DNA of 63,175 nucleotides, counting the filler, from Octopus bimaculoides (Eukaryota), in the NCBI RefSeq assembly GCF_001194135.2. It is 4 parts of 4 records of this genome, joined end to end, with 100 filler letters (N's around TTAATTAATTAA, not from the genome) between each part and the next. Parts side by side here need not be neighbours in the genome. Positions count along the whole stretch, not along the records: positions 26,190 to 42,776 come from NC_068993.1; positions 42,877 to 61,811 come from NC_069010.1; 2 more parts are not named here. One strand, written 5' to 3'. How positions within the stretch are numbered: position 1 is the first letter of the stretch; every line of letters starts with the position of its first letter. Below, piece by piece: positions 39,531 to 50,727 of this stretch. Both the position numbers and the translations under genes were made by a program. The notes beneath the pieces are model-generated. The model was not told the origin of the DNA, did no database searches, and was given only the letters and a program-made list of their open reading frames with translations.

Positions 39531-39915
39531 TTTACTTCTTATGTTTCAGTCATTGGGCTGCAGGCTATGGTGCAGGCATTGCGTTGAAGAGTTTAGTCAA
39601 ATAAATCGACCCTAGTTCTTTTGTTTTTAAACCTGGTACTTATTTTATCGGCCTCTTTTCCTGAACCGTTAAGTTACAGTCGTAAACAAGCCAACACCGA
39701 TTGCGAAGAAGTTAAGCGGAGCGTACGTGCGTGCACGCGCGCCGCGCACATACACACATACACGACGGGTATCTTTCGGTTTCCGTCTACCAGATACACA
39801 AACAAGGCTTTGGTCGGCCGCAGGGCCTGGAGTTATGGTAGGAGGCACTTTCCCAAGGTGCGACGTAGTGGGACGGCACAGGGAAGCATGTGGTTCTTAC
39901 CACACAGCCACGACT
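39530..39915 (-). mobile_element. SINE family A
   Basis: Tail, internal CA-rich tract and head blocks in the same order as 41445-41845. Confidence 0.8.
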
Positions 39916-40921
39916 ACGCACATAAATATGGCCGCTGTCTGATGACTGAAACAAGTAAATGAATAAAAGAATAAAAGAATACACACATACATACATATAT
40001 ACATACATACATAAATGCATACATACATCCCCTGTTCGAAGGTTATAAAGGACACAGGTTTCGTGTGTCACATAGCTAGCTAGAGGCGATGGCTTCTTGG
40101 AGCTAATTCACGGCAGCTTTCGTCCTAATTTTGGGACTGCCATGTTGGCTTGGCGATAACTATTAATTTCCAGTACCGCTGCCGTAGTCTCCTTTAGAGA
40201 GACTTAGAAATATTAATAACTCTATTTCTGAAAACCAGTGGATAGATTCCACTGAAATTAGATAAATAACCTTCGAGCAGATAGTCAGCAGCGCCGCCTG
40301 GCTAAGGCTTGGCTACTCTGCATTGACAAGGGGCAACACCCTGAAACTAGTCTAGTCTGCAGATGCCAAACCAGCAGGGGGACGCTGCTGACCTCCCCTG
40401 TTCNNNNNNNNNNNNNNNNNNNNNNNNNNNNNNNNNNNNNNNNNNNNNNNNNNNNNNNNNNNNNNNNNNNNNNNNNNNNNNNNNNNNNNNNNNNNNNNNN
40501 NNNNNNNNNNNNNNNNNNNNNNNNNNNNNNNNNNNNNNNNNNNNNNNNNNNNNNNNNNNNNNNNNNNNNNNNNNNNNNNNNNNNNNNNNNNNNNNNNNNN
40601 NNNNNNNNNNNNNNNNNNNNNNNNNNNNNNNNNNNNNNNNNNNNNNNNNNNNNNNNNNNNNNNNNNNNNNNNNNNNNNNNNNNNNNNNNNNNNNNNNNNN
40701 NNNNNNNNNNNNNNNNNNNNNNNNNNNNNNNNNNAAGTGAGTTCGGAATGATATAATATCCGGGTGGATACCGCATTAGTTCTCAGTTAAGTTCCTGTTA
40801 ACGCCTAGTCGCAATGATCAGAATTTAACATCTATGACTACAATTAGTTGTTAGTCACTCCGTGAATTCCTTCGGTGGGTAATTCCGTGTACTCTTCGCT
40901 GGATGGTAAAAACTGTCTGGA

Positions 40922-40958
<37 letters not shown>

Positions 40959-40964
40959 CATACA

Positions 40965-41290
40965 TTCTTTTATTCTTTTGCTTGTTTCAGTCATTTGACT
41001 GCGGCCATGCTGGAGCACCACCTTTAGTCGAACAAATCGACCTCCGGACTTATTCTTGGTAAGCCTAGTACTTATTCTATCGGACCCTTTTGCCGAACAG
41101 CTAGGTTACGAGGGCTTAAATACACCGACATCGGTTGTCAAACGATGGCGGGGGGACACACATAAATATATTCATATATACGATTGGCTTCTTTTCAGTT
41201 TCCGTCCACTAAATCCACTCAGAAGGCTTGGTCGACTCGAGGTTATAGTGGAAGACATTTGCCCAAAGTGCAACACAGTAGAACTGACCT
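40965..41290 (-). mobile_element. SINE family A (5' truncated)
   Basis: Tail and core match the adjacent copy 41445-41845. Confidence 0.8.
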
Positions 41291-41444
41291 TGTGCATTGG
41301 GATCCATTTCCTCAAATTATGCAAGACATTTATCGAAATGAGAAAAAGCCTTTTGCATTTCCTACAACGTAAAACGACGAGGCTCCGGATCAATGGTGCA
41401 TACTGTATTTTAACATTAATTTTAATATGCTATACAGATTATAT

Positions 41445-41625
41445 ATATTTTTTGTTTCAGTCATTTGACTGCGGCCATGCTGGAGCACCGCTTTTATTCG
41501 AACAAACCGACCCCATTACTTATTTTTTGTAAGCCTAGCATTTATTCTATCGGACTCTTTTGCCGAACCGCTAATTTACGGGGACGTGAATGCACAAACA
41601 ACGGTTGTCAAGCGATGGGGGGGGG

Positions 41626-41669
<44 letters not shown>

Positions 41670-41845
41670 GTATATATATATATATACGACGGGTTTCTTT
41701 CAGTTTTCGTCTACCAAATCCACTCACAAGGCTTTGGTTAGCCCGAGGCTATAGTTGAAGACACTTGCCCAAGGTGCCATGCAGTCGGACTGAACCCGGA
41801 ACCATGTGGTTGGTAAGCAAGCTACTTACCTCACAGCCACTCCTG
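41445..41845 (-). mobile_element. SINE family A, near full length, with internal (CA)n(TA)n
   Basis: Minus-strand head AGGAGTGGCTGTGAGGTAAGTAGCTTGCTTACCAACCACATGGTTCCGGGTTCAGTCC (tRNA-like), core, microsatellite 41630-41685, tail ..GCATGGCCGCAGTCAAATGACTGAAAC. Confidence 0.88.
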
Positions 41846-42274
41846 TTTGTATTGCTTTTTTATTTATTTATTTATTTCCGGAGATGAATACGAACGTAAC
41901 CAATCGATACAAACCGGAACTAACAGTACAGTATAGCATGAACGTTATTGCTGTTTTGCCATGTGACTAAATTAATACTGTGTTTAATATTAATTTAATA
42001 TTTTAGAAAGACCGGCGTATCTTTGGAAAGGACGTAAGTCGAAACAACTTAACCAGTGGTATATGTGTGCGTATATATATGTGTGTGTGTGTGTGTGTGT
42101 ATGGGTTGTTAGAAGTGATGTACAGATTTTGTAGATTAAGGAAAAAAGGCAGTCAACATTTTGGATAATTCCTTAATTAGCACTTTCATCCATTCCTTGC
42201 GACTACACACACATACAGACATATCAACAAACATATTTCTACAAGCCGCAATTGTATCATGAATATTCTCTCCT

Positions 42275-42495
42275 ACTTTAGGCACAAGGCCCGAAATTTT
42301 TGGGAAGGAGCCCAGTCGATTAGATCGACCCCAGTACGCAACTGATACTTAATTTATCGACCTCGAAGGGTAAAGTCGACCTCGAAGGGCAAAGTCGACC
42401 TCGGCGGAATTTGAACTCAGAACATAAAGACAGACGAAATACCGCTAAGCATTTCGCCCGGAGAACTAACGTTCCTGCTAGCTCGCTGCCTTCAT
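42275..42495 (-). mobile_element. SINE family B with an internal 19-bp duplication
   Basis: AAAGTCGACCTCGAAGGG(T/C) repeated at ~42352-42402. Confidence 0.85.
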
Positions 42496-42879
42496 TGTAT
42501 CATAATTACTAAACGAGCAAATATTTTGGAGATAGTGAAATCCATGTCGTTTTTAAGAACAATAACTGTTAAGTCAATGTAACTAAGTTGAAATAGAAAT
42601 CGTAAGATACAGTTTATCATCTCTTAAAAGAGGTTTATAACATAGACTAAGTTTGTTTTTTTTTTCCTCAAAATACTCGACAAATTCAGAGCTTTTAGAG
42701 GGCAAAAATTCTTATTGTAAACAGTACATGATAGTAAATGCTGTAGACAGAAAAACAAAAGCGTAAAAAGAAAGTANNNNNNNNNNNNNNNNNNNNNNNN
42801 NNNNNNNNNNNNNNNNNNNNTTAATTAATTAANNNNNNNNNNNNNNNNNNNNNNNNNNNNNNNNNNNNNNNNNNNNATT

Positions 42880-43230
42880 TCCCTGGCTGTTTTTCCTAGG
42901 GTCATTATCTTCTCCTTTTTTTTCAGGCTCTTGAGTGGTTTCGGCAGATTGTCGCCTTTCAGTCAATGCTTGTGCTCCAACATTCCTCTCCTCTGCTTCG
43001 TTATTTCTTTCCTGGCTTATATTTAAGTTATTCTCTACCACTTTTTTTAATAGAGGTTAATTCTGCATCTGCGAGCCTGGTATTTCTGAAGATATCTCTT
43101 CTAACATTTGCTAATCTGTTTTCATCTAGATTTGGACTGCTAGCTGGATTCCGGCTCCTCCAAATTCTGCAGGAGTTTGCAGTGTGTTTTTCTTGGGTTG
43201 GCCTACTTAATGCGAAGTAATAAGCGTATA
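42880..43230 (-). mobile_element. Dong/R4-like non-LTR retrotransposon N-terminal fragment next to a (TAA)n array
   Basis: YYFALSRPTQEKHTANSCRIWRSRNPASSPNLDENRLANVRRDIFRNTRLADAELTSIKK resembles the 'YRKRM..IW..EQRLADQ.R.I' N-terminus of R4/Dong ORFs; the adjacent (ATT)n 43260-43330 matches the known TAA-repeat target of Dong. Confidence 0.55.
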
Positions 43231-43258
43231 CCATCATTATCATCATCATCATCATCAA

Positions 43259-43321
<63 letters not shown>

Positions 43322-43399
43322 CATTATTATTTTGGTCGGAATCTTGGAGTTAGTAGCCCGCGCTCTTAACCACTAAGCCATATGCCCGTGGGCAATTAT

Positions 43400-44075
43400 G
43401 GAGTGAATTTTAGGGTTTATAAATCTAATATTCTCCTATCTTTCGTTAATACCGGTTCCCATATGCTGTTCATATCTGCACTCAGTCTGCTTAGGNNNNN
43501 NNNNNTGAAGATATCTCTTCTAACATTTGCTAATCTGTTTTCATCTAGATTTGGAGTGAATTTTAGGGTTTATAAATCTAATATTCTCCTATCTTTCCTT
43601 AATACCGGTTCCCATATGCTGTTCATATCTGCACTCAGTCTGCTTAGGAGGTTGTTGTGTCCTAGCATATGTGCTGCTTCCTTTAATTTTCGTATTTTCC
43701 AGTGGAGGTTTCTGTCTATTATTTTAGCTTCATCCCACGGGGAGGAGGTATCCATTTTTCCATACATCATCAGCTATACCTGATTTATCAATATCTCCCC
43801 GTGTCACAACTTTGTGATGTTCCTCTACCCTTAATTGTGAGGGGGTGGCATGTTTCACTTTTGTATAACCTACCACAGCTGCATGGGATGGAGTACACTC
43901 AGTTCTTAGTCATACTCTCTTCTGTTGGTGGTTTTACTCGAAGGAGATATTTGCAAAGTGTTGTATTACTTTTGAATACCGTCCTGATGTTATAAGGGCC
44001 GCATATCTTTTGTATCTTTTCGGAGAGGCCCTTCACATAGGGTAGACAGATTGCGGACAGTTTATCGGTTTCATC
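43400..44075 (-). mobile_element. Penelope-like element 3' part (GIY-YIG endonuclease), degraded
   Basis: LPYVKGLSEKIQKICGPYNIRTVFKSNTTL..VYSIPCSCGRLYKSET..RVEEH..WDEAKIIDRNLHWKIRKLKEAAHM is typical Penelope RT-EN linker plus GIY-YIG. Confidence 0.85.
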
Positions 44076-44627
44076 CTCTGTGATGTTGTGCAGATCCATT
44101 AGGGGTTCATGAATTAGGACTTCTAATCAAAATCACCACCAGTTCATCTCTTTCGACCGCTCCACCTTCACAACTTCCACCTCTTCCTTACAATTGAAAA
44201 TGATGGCTGCCACCAGCCATTCCTCATTGATCTCTGGGGGCACTCTGCATATTCTTACTATCGCCACAAGTCTCCCGCAGTATGTTGGCAAGTGTGCCCA
44301 CTTTGCAGTTCTTAAGGCCACTGTGGACTGCCTTTTTGCATCTTCCTCATTTTCGAAACGAACCACTACTCTTCCGAATTTACTTCCTCTAGAATAGAAG
44401 GTTGTCATATCCTTTACTTGGCTAAGACACTCCTCTATTTCTTCCGTCGCTGCTATTTCAATTTTTCCTCTTTCCACATTTAGTGTCCTGTACACTATAA
44501 TTCTTTTCTCTGCGAGCTGCGTCTCCTCTTTTGGGGACGTCAGCCTAAGGCAATCTCCTTCTTTCACAATTAACTTTTTGTGGTTTAAAATTCTCTTCAT
44601 GTCTATTTTAATTTCCGTCATTTCCAT
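44076..44627 (-). mobile_element. Retroelement gag/ORF1-like N-terminal region (RRM-like), premature stop at 44133
   Basis: 164-aa ORF ..RTLNVERGKIEIAATEEIEECLSQVKDMTTFYSRGSKFGRVVVRFENEEDAK..VRICRVPPEINEEWLVAAII resembles L1/Tx1-type ORF1. Confidence 0.7.
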
Positions 44628-45064
44628 AGCTTGGCAGACAGGCGTTTGCCTGCAGCCGCAGTGTAACTTGTTGTATTTATACCCAGCACTGGGTATTACA
44701 ACAATTTACAAAAATATTCAACAAGGTTCACCAATAACGATAATCTTCAACAATATTCTTTAACAACAACGACAAAAATTCCGACTCACCGCAACGCTCT
44801 CTACAGCCAAAATCAGAACAGAACTCCAAATCGCAACAGTCACTCAACACCTACCTCGGCTAGACAACCTCTATTTATATGTCTTGGACGATCCTACTTC
44901 TTCGCTTGGGGGCGTCNNNNNNNNNNNNNNNNNNNNNNNNNNNNNNNNNNNNNNNNNNNNNNNNNNNNNNNNNNNNNNNNNNNNNNNNNNNNNNNNNNNN
45001 NNNNNNNNNNNNNNNNTATTATTATTATTATTGTTGTTGTTGTTGTTGTTGTTGTTATTATTAT

Positions 45065-45900
45065 TCGGGGAGGGGATTCGTGGGTTTGCGTCTCTTGTGT
45101 GTCTACAAGTGTACCTGTTGTGTGTGGCGTTTCTGGATCTGTGTCTGGATGGTGTCTGCTTTACTAGATCTTCATAGTCGTGAAATGTTCTCCGTGAATG
45201 GATTGGACGTGGCAAACGAGTAGGTTGTTTGCGCCTTGTGTGACAAATGTTTTATATCGTATTGTTGGTTGTCTTTGTGTTGTGTATTTGCTTTGGGGGT
45301 GGGGTACCTCTTGTATCCCTTCTTTTTCTAGCAGACTCCTCGACGTCGCTACTTTCAGTCGGTGATAGTTCGATGTGGGCATCTTTCATGGTTCTCTCTT
45401 CTCTCTCTGATATATTTAATTCGGGCTGTTTTAATGTGGTCTCGGTTGCTTTCTTTTCTTTTGAGATATTGTTCTGCATTAGATTTGTCGTATTGTTGGT
45501 CGACTTCCCCTTATTCGGCCTAACAACGGGTTTGTCTGATTTAATGTCCTTTGGTTCAAATGATTGTGTGGGAAAGCTAGGTATATGGTGTGCCACCGAT
45601 TGCAAAACCTGTGGGCACTTGGCCTTTATATGACCTTTTTCTCCGCATTTGTAGCATCTTGGGCTTTTGCCCTCTCTTATAACTCTTAATTTCGTTTCAC
45701 CGGGCAGGATGATTAGATCTGTAATCCCTCCCAGATCCCTTTGGGTGGCTTGAATTGTTACTTCCAGGCCATAGCCCTACAGTTCTACTTTTCTGTTATG
45801 GTCGCTTTGAGGGTGTGTACGTCCTCCGTGTTTGACATCATGACTACTTCCCCTTCTGAGGAATCCTTTAATTTAAGCCTGAGTTCGAAGAACAAAAGCA
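45065..45900 (-). mobile_element. Second gag/ORF1-like fragment with CCHC zinc knuckle
   Basis: ILPGETKLRVIREGKSPRCYKCGEKGHIKAKCPQ (CX2CX4HX4C) followed by a T/K/E/N-rich tail. Confidence 0.85.
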
Positions 45901-46454
45901 GGAATTCCCCCTTCAAAGAAGGGGGCGATGTCAACAGCCTGCGATTTCGCAGTAGAAAAGTAATTTACAACAACGTAACAACAAAAATTCAACAACTCAC
46001 TGCTTAATTAATACAGCAATCCAGCAAGACTAAACGAAACCAACTAAAAACGTGATAAGAGAGAAACATGCGAAGGTGGAATGACGGCTACTGGAGCCCC
46101 ACATTCCAAGTAGCCTCATTTGCCTTTTTTTCCCTTTTCTTTAAAACAAATTTTAGAGTCACTTATTTTTAAAGACAAGAAAAATCATACTTTTTAATGA
46201 TCAGTGCGTTCACGTCACTGTGGTCGATGACCGGAGGCAATGAATCAATCACCACATCCAGTCCCAACGGGTCCACATCCGACCCAAATGTCCCTCTCAG
46301 TTTCTGGTGTTTCCCTTTATCTATGAGAGCACATCTCATATCTTGGGGAAAAATCCCCAACGGGTAGTTTCACCTTTATGATTGATTTTTCTTTTCTTAT
46401 TCTTTTATTCAGTGCTGTATTTCCTGCCCCACTAAGTCATTATGAAGGCCATTT

Positions 46455-47100
46455 TACTGGGTGGGGATTGCGGGGTTTGTATCTCTTATGTTTCTGTGGG
46501 TGCCGTTTCTGGACCTGCGTCTGGAGGAGCTGGACTAGGGATGGTGTCTGCTTTACGAGGTGATGGTGGTGGTGAAACATTCTCCGTGAATGGGTTCTAA
46601 GTGGCAAACGTGTAGGGTTTTTTATATCTTGTGTGAGAAATGTGAGATATCATATTGTTGGCTGTCTTTGTTTGTGTTGTGTGTGTGCTTTGTGGTTGCT
46701 GGTCTTGGTTTGCGGTTGGTAGATATTTTAGTGGGATATCTCTAGTATCCCTAGTTTTACTGGACAACTCCTCATCGCCGTTGCTTTCATTGTTGCTGCC
46801 TCTGATATTGTTAATTCGGGCCTGTTCAGGTTACTGCTCCACGAAGTGGTCTTCCAGTTCACATTGGAAGACTTCAGCCTCCATGCTGCACGGCTCTTGC
46901 TGAGCGAAAACAAAAAACAATCCACTCCAAAACGGTGGAAATGGAAAATAGACACAAGACTGCTACCACTGGCTGCGCCTCAAAAGACGGTAAACCCAAA
47001 CCGAAGACAACAGACAATCCCTAAAGGGAAAACCCTACAACAAGCAATATAAAACAAGTACTATACTCAGCAGTAGCAACAACACCAAAACCAACACAAA
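46455..47100 (-). mobile_element. Third gag/ORF1-like fragment (internally deleted; C-terminal tail paralogous to 45065-45400)
   Basis: Clear local similarity: GGATGGTGTCTGCTTTAC, TCTCCGTGAATGG, GTGGCAAACG, ATTGTTGG.TGTCTTTGT occur in both copies in the same order. Confidence 0.7.
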
Positions 47101-47319
47101 ATGAATGGATTTCGTCTGCCAGGAACGCGGTTGAAGTTGACCTATAACCTCCACGAGATGCATGTTCATTTAGACTTTCATGACACTTGTTTGTGACTAC
47201 TACCCACGGCATTGAACGCAGCTACGTTTTGGCCTCTCGTTTCAGGGAAAGGTGAAATTTTACCTGCAATATGGATCTCAGCCATAAACCAATATATCTT
47301 GGAATATTTACACTTACAA

Positions 47320-47535
47320 AGCAGCGAGATGGCAAAAACGTTAGCACGCCGGGCGAAATGCTTACCCGTACTTCGTCTGTCTTTATATTCTGAGTTCAAA
47401 TTCTGCCGAGGTCGACTTTGCCTTTCATCCTTTCGAGGATCGATAAATTAAGTAACAGTTGCCCACTGGGCTCGATCTAATCGACAGGTTCCCTCCCACA
47501 AAATTTCGGGCCTTGTGCCTAGAGTAGAAAAGGAA
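47320..47535 (+). mobile_element. SINE family B, near full length
   Basis: GGCAAAAACGTTAGCACGCCGGGCGAAATGCTTA..GAGTTCAAATTCTGCCGAGGTCGAC..GGCCTTGTGCCTAGAGTAGAAAAG. Confidence 0.88.
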
Positions 47536-48341
47536 TATATTTACTTCCATCTAATCCGCTAAATATTTCCATCATTTAGGTTTTCAAGAAAATTTTGTGG
47601 AATGTTGAAAATAAGTGACGCAAGTACTGCTTCTTTAAGCGATATTTGAAATGAAACTGAAGTATTACAGTATTTCATTTCAAAACACAAAGAGGTAATA
47701 ATAAACCAGATTTAATCCTTTATTGAGAAAATTGAAAGATTACAGTAGTAAAAGAAAATTAAATGTAACAAGGAAAATTTTCAGTTTTTCTGTGTTCCAA
47801 GAAATAGTCAGGCACTGAAACTTGTTTAAATTACATTATTGTGGATTATAGTCTCTCGGTTGCATAATGTTGTATTAAAAGGTACAAATAACGGTTCTTT
47901 ACAAGAAATATATTTAAGGTTATATACAGTGAAAATATGATTTTATGACGAAAAATATAACCAAAGACGATTATTGGAGGCATTCCTTATTTCTTGGAGA
48001 CATTCTTTATATTGATTCTCACTTAGAAGTTGCTTTCTGCTCTTCTATCTCATTACCAAAACTTCTACCTGACAGCATAAATGAGAAAACGATATGAAAT
48101 ATAGATATACATACGTGTACAGATATACAAACATAATATAACATTCCAATATTACAAGTTATAATCGAAAGATGAATTATCAAATACTTAGGATAATGTT
48201 TATATTTAATTCCTTTTCCCCCAGAATAATGTTCCATACACCTGTAATCCTTAGATGACCTCGGCTTCTTAAATTCATGCCCTTCCTTAATGGGGTTGGA
48301 GTTATTGCAAATTAGTGGTCCCTGAGGCGTAGAGCGACACG

Positions 48342-48990
48342 ATGCCAGCCTCTCTGCATCCTGGTCCCATGCTAGCATCTCTGCATCTTGGTTTCATGCG
48401 AACCTCTCTGCATCCCAGTCCTGCGCCAACTCCTCTGCATCCTGGTCCCATGTCAACAACTCTGCTCCCCGGGACTATGCCAATCTCTCTGCGTCCTGGT
48501 TCTAAGCCAAGCTCTCTACATTCTGGCCCATGCTAGGCTCTCAGCATCGTGGTCCCATACCAGCATCTCTGCATCCTGGTCCCATGCAAAGCTCTCTGAT
48601 CCTGGTCTCATGCAAACCTCTCTGCATCCTGAGCCCATACCAACTTCTCTGCATCCTGGTCCCATGCAAATCTCTCTTCATTCTGGTCCCATGCCAACAA
48701 CGCTGCATCCTGGTCCCATGCAAATTCCTCAGGATCCTAGTCCCTGCCAACCTCTCTGCTTTTTGGTCCCATGCCAACCTTTCTTCGCTCCGGTTCCATT
48801 CCAGCTTCTCTGCTTCTTGGTCCCATGCCAACCTTTCTGCATCCTGGTCCCGTGTCAACCTCTCTTCATCCTGGTCACATGCCAACCTTTCTTCGCTCCG
48901 GTTCCATTCCAGCCTCTCTGCTTCTTGGTCCCATGCCACCCTCTCTTCATTCTGGTCCCATGCCAACCTCTGTACATCCTTCTCCCATGT
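48342..48990. repeat. 27-bp minisatellite, ~24 units, consensus ATGCCAACCTCTCTGCATCCTGGTCCC
   Basis: Units countable by eye; three single-base deletions; units 17-18 recur as units 21-22. Confidence 0.95.
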
Positions 48991-50605
48991 CAGCCCTTCT
49001 ACTCATTTGTAAATGTTCTCCTTTGTATGCAATTTTCGGACATAGCAGCTTATGATTTTACAAGCCATGAGCATATAAGTCGTTGGACTGACTACTGTCC
49101 CACCATCGAACCAGGTGGGCAGGTGGTATTGATAAACCCGTAAAATGGCGAAACATCGATTTCTATTCGACCCAAATGGTATTGAGGATGAGTTATCTCA
49201 CCTGTCCACGGCTCTAAGGTATTTTAACATCGGTGACATTAGAGTTATATACTCCGCTATGCCATTGCAGCCACCGGAAAATACACAAAGCATAAACACT
49301 AATATATGTATTTAACAATATTTATAATACTAGAGCTGGTTATTTATTTGTTGAAGTTATGGAATTGTTACTAAAGAAAAATTATTAAAGCCTTCGTTTT
49401 CTATAAAACTCTAATAAATTCCAATTTTAAATTATTTTTATCAAAATATCGTTCTTAAATTTCTTTTATAAGATAAGATTTCATCTTCAAAATTTATTCA
49501 CAAAAGTGACATCTTACATTGCAGGATGGAGTTTTCTAACGTCGCTGTTTTATTTCTGGAAATATGAAGGTTGCCCAAATATTTACTGCTACACTTTCTA
49601 CAGAAAGTTTAGTCAGGCATCAACCAAACCATATTGATTCCAGTATCCTTCCATATCTGTTGGGTTTTGTTGGAGAAATACAAAGCTGATTACAATTTGT
49701 GACAATAATCAGCTTTGGATTTCAAAACTGATTGTAATTATTTACACCATTTGTACCAAATATATACAAGCATTATCATCTTTCCACTCAAGTATTTCCT
49801 CTATTTGTTACTTCATAACTTTCAGAAAAGTAAGTATTTTTTAGTAAATTTCTCTTCAGATAACTTTCAGATGATGTAAATTATATCGGAATTTGGTTTT
49901 CATCCTAAATTCACGTTTTAATGATGTAATATACAATTAAGTTAGAAAAATCACTTTTGAGGCCTATTCCACCTTTTTTCCTTCTGGAATTTGTTAAATG
50001 NNNNNNNNNNNNNNNNNNNNNNNNNNNNNNNNNNNNNNNNNNNNNNNNNNNNNNNNNNNNNNNNNNNNNNNNNNNNNNNNNNNNNNNNNNNNNNNNNNNN
50101 NNNNNNNNNNNNNNNNNNNNNNNNNNNNNNNNNNNNNNNNNNNNNNNNNNNNNNNNNNNNNNNNNNNNNNNNNNNNNNNNNNNNNNNNNNNNNNNNNNNN
50201 NNNNNNNNNNNNNNNNNNNNNNNNNNNNNNNNNNNNNNNNNNNNNNNNNNNACCAGAAAGATTACACAAATTGGGAATCAAATGTGTGAACATAATTTTG
50301 CGACTGCAATTAGTATTAATAGCAGAGACAGAGTCACTAATTTCACCATTGTATAGTTCTATGCTTTTTCTGAATTATCAAACTATAAACTAATTCTGCT
50401 TAAACACACAAAATAGATTATCCTCCCTCCTTTTCGTTTCTCGTGTCATCATAACAGTGGTCAATTCCAAATCCTACACTAAAACATCTGTCCAGTTAAT
50501 ATTCTGGAATTCTTTCCTAACCCATGTTTTTCCTGCAAACATGGGTCAGCCTGTTTCTTTGTATTTGAACAGTTTATGAAAAATAATAGAAATTGAAATG
50601 CTTAC

Positions 50606-50727
50606 CTGAAACAAACGTGAATTATTACTGTAAGAACAAGACAGACAAATGATAGTCCACAGCCAATGTTAGATATAACAGATAAGGATTTGACATTTTT
50701 TATATCGTCTTCATTCGCGTAGACATC
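50606..50727 (-). CDS. Adhesion GPCR exon: end of Stachel plus TM1
   Basis: Acceptor TTTCTATTCTAG; DVYANEDDIKNVKSLSVISNIGCGLSFVCLVLTVIIHVCF(R); donor GTAAGC; phase 0->2; LS.IS.IGC.LS..CL is the canonical aGPCR TM1. Confidence 0.93.

Noticed and set aside
49517-49597. Minus-strand phase-2 exon candidate RKCSSKYLGNLHISRNKT.. resembling the start of TM2 (SKILVNLCIS)
   Set aside because: The following residues are polar and cannot form TM2; similarity covers only a few positions.
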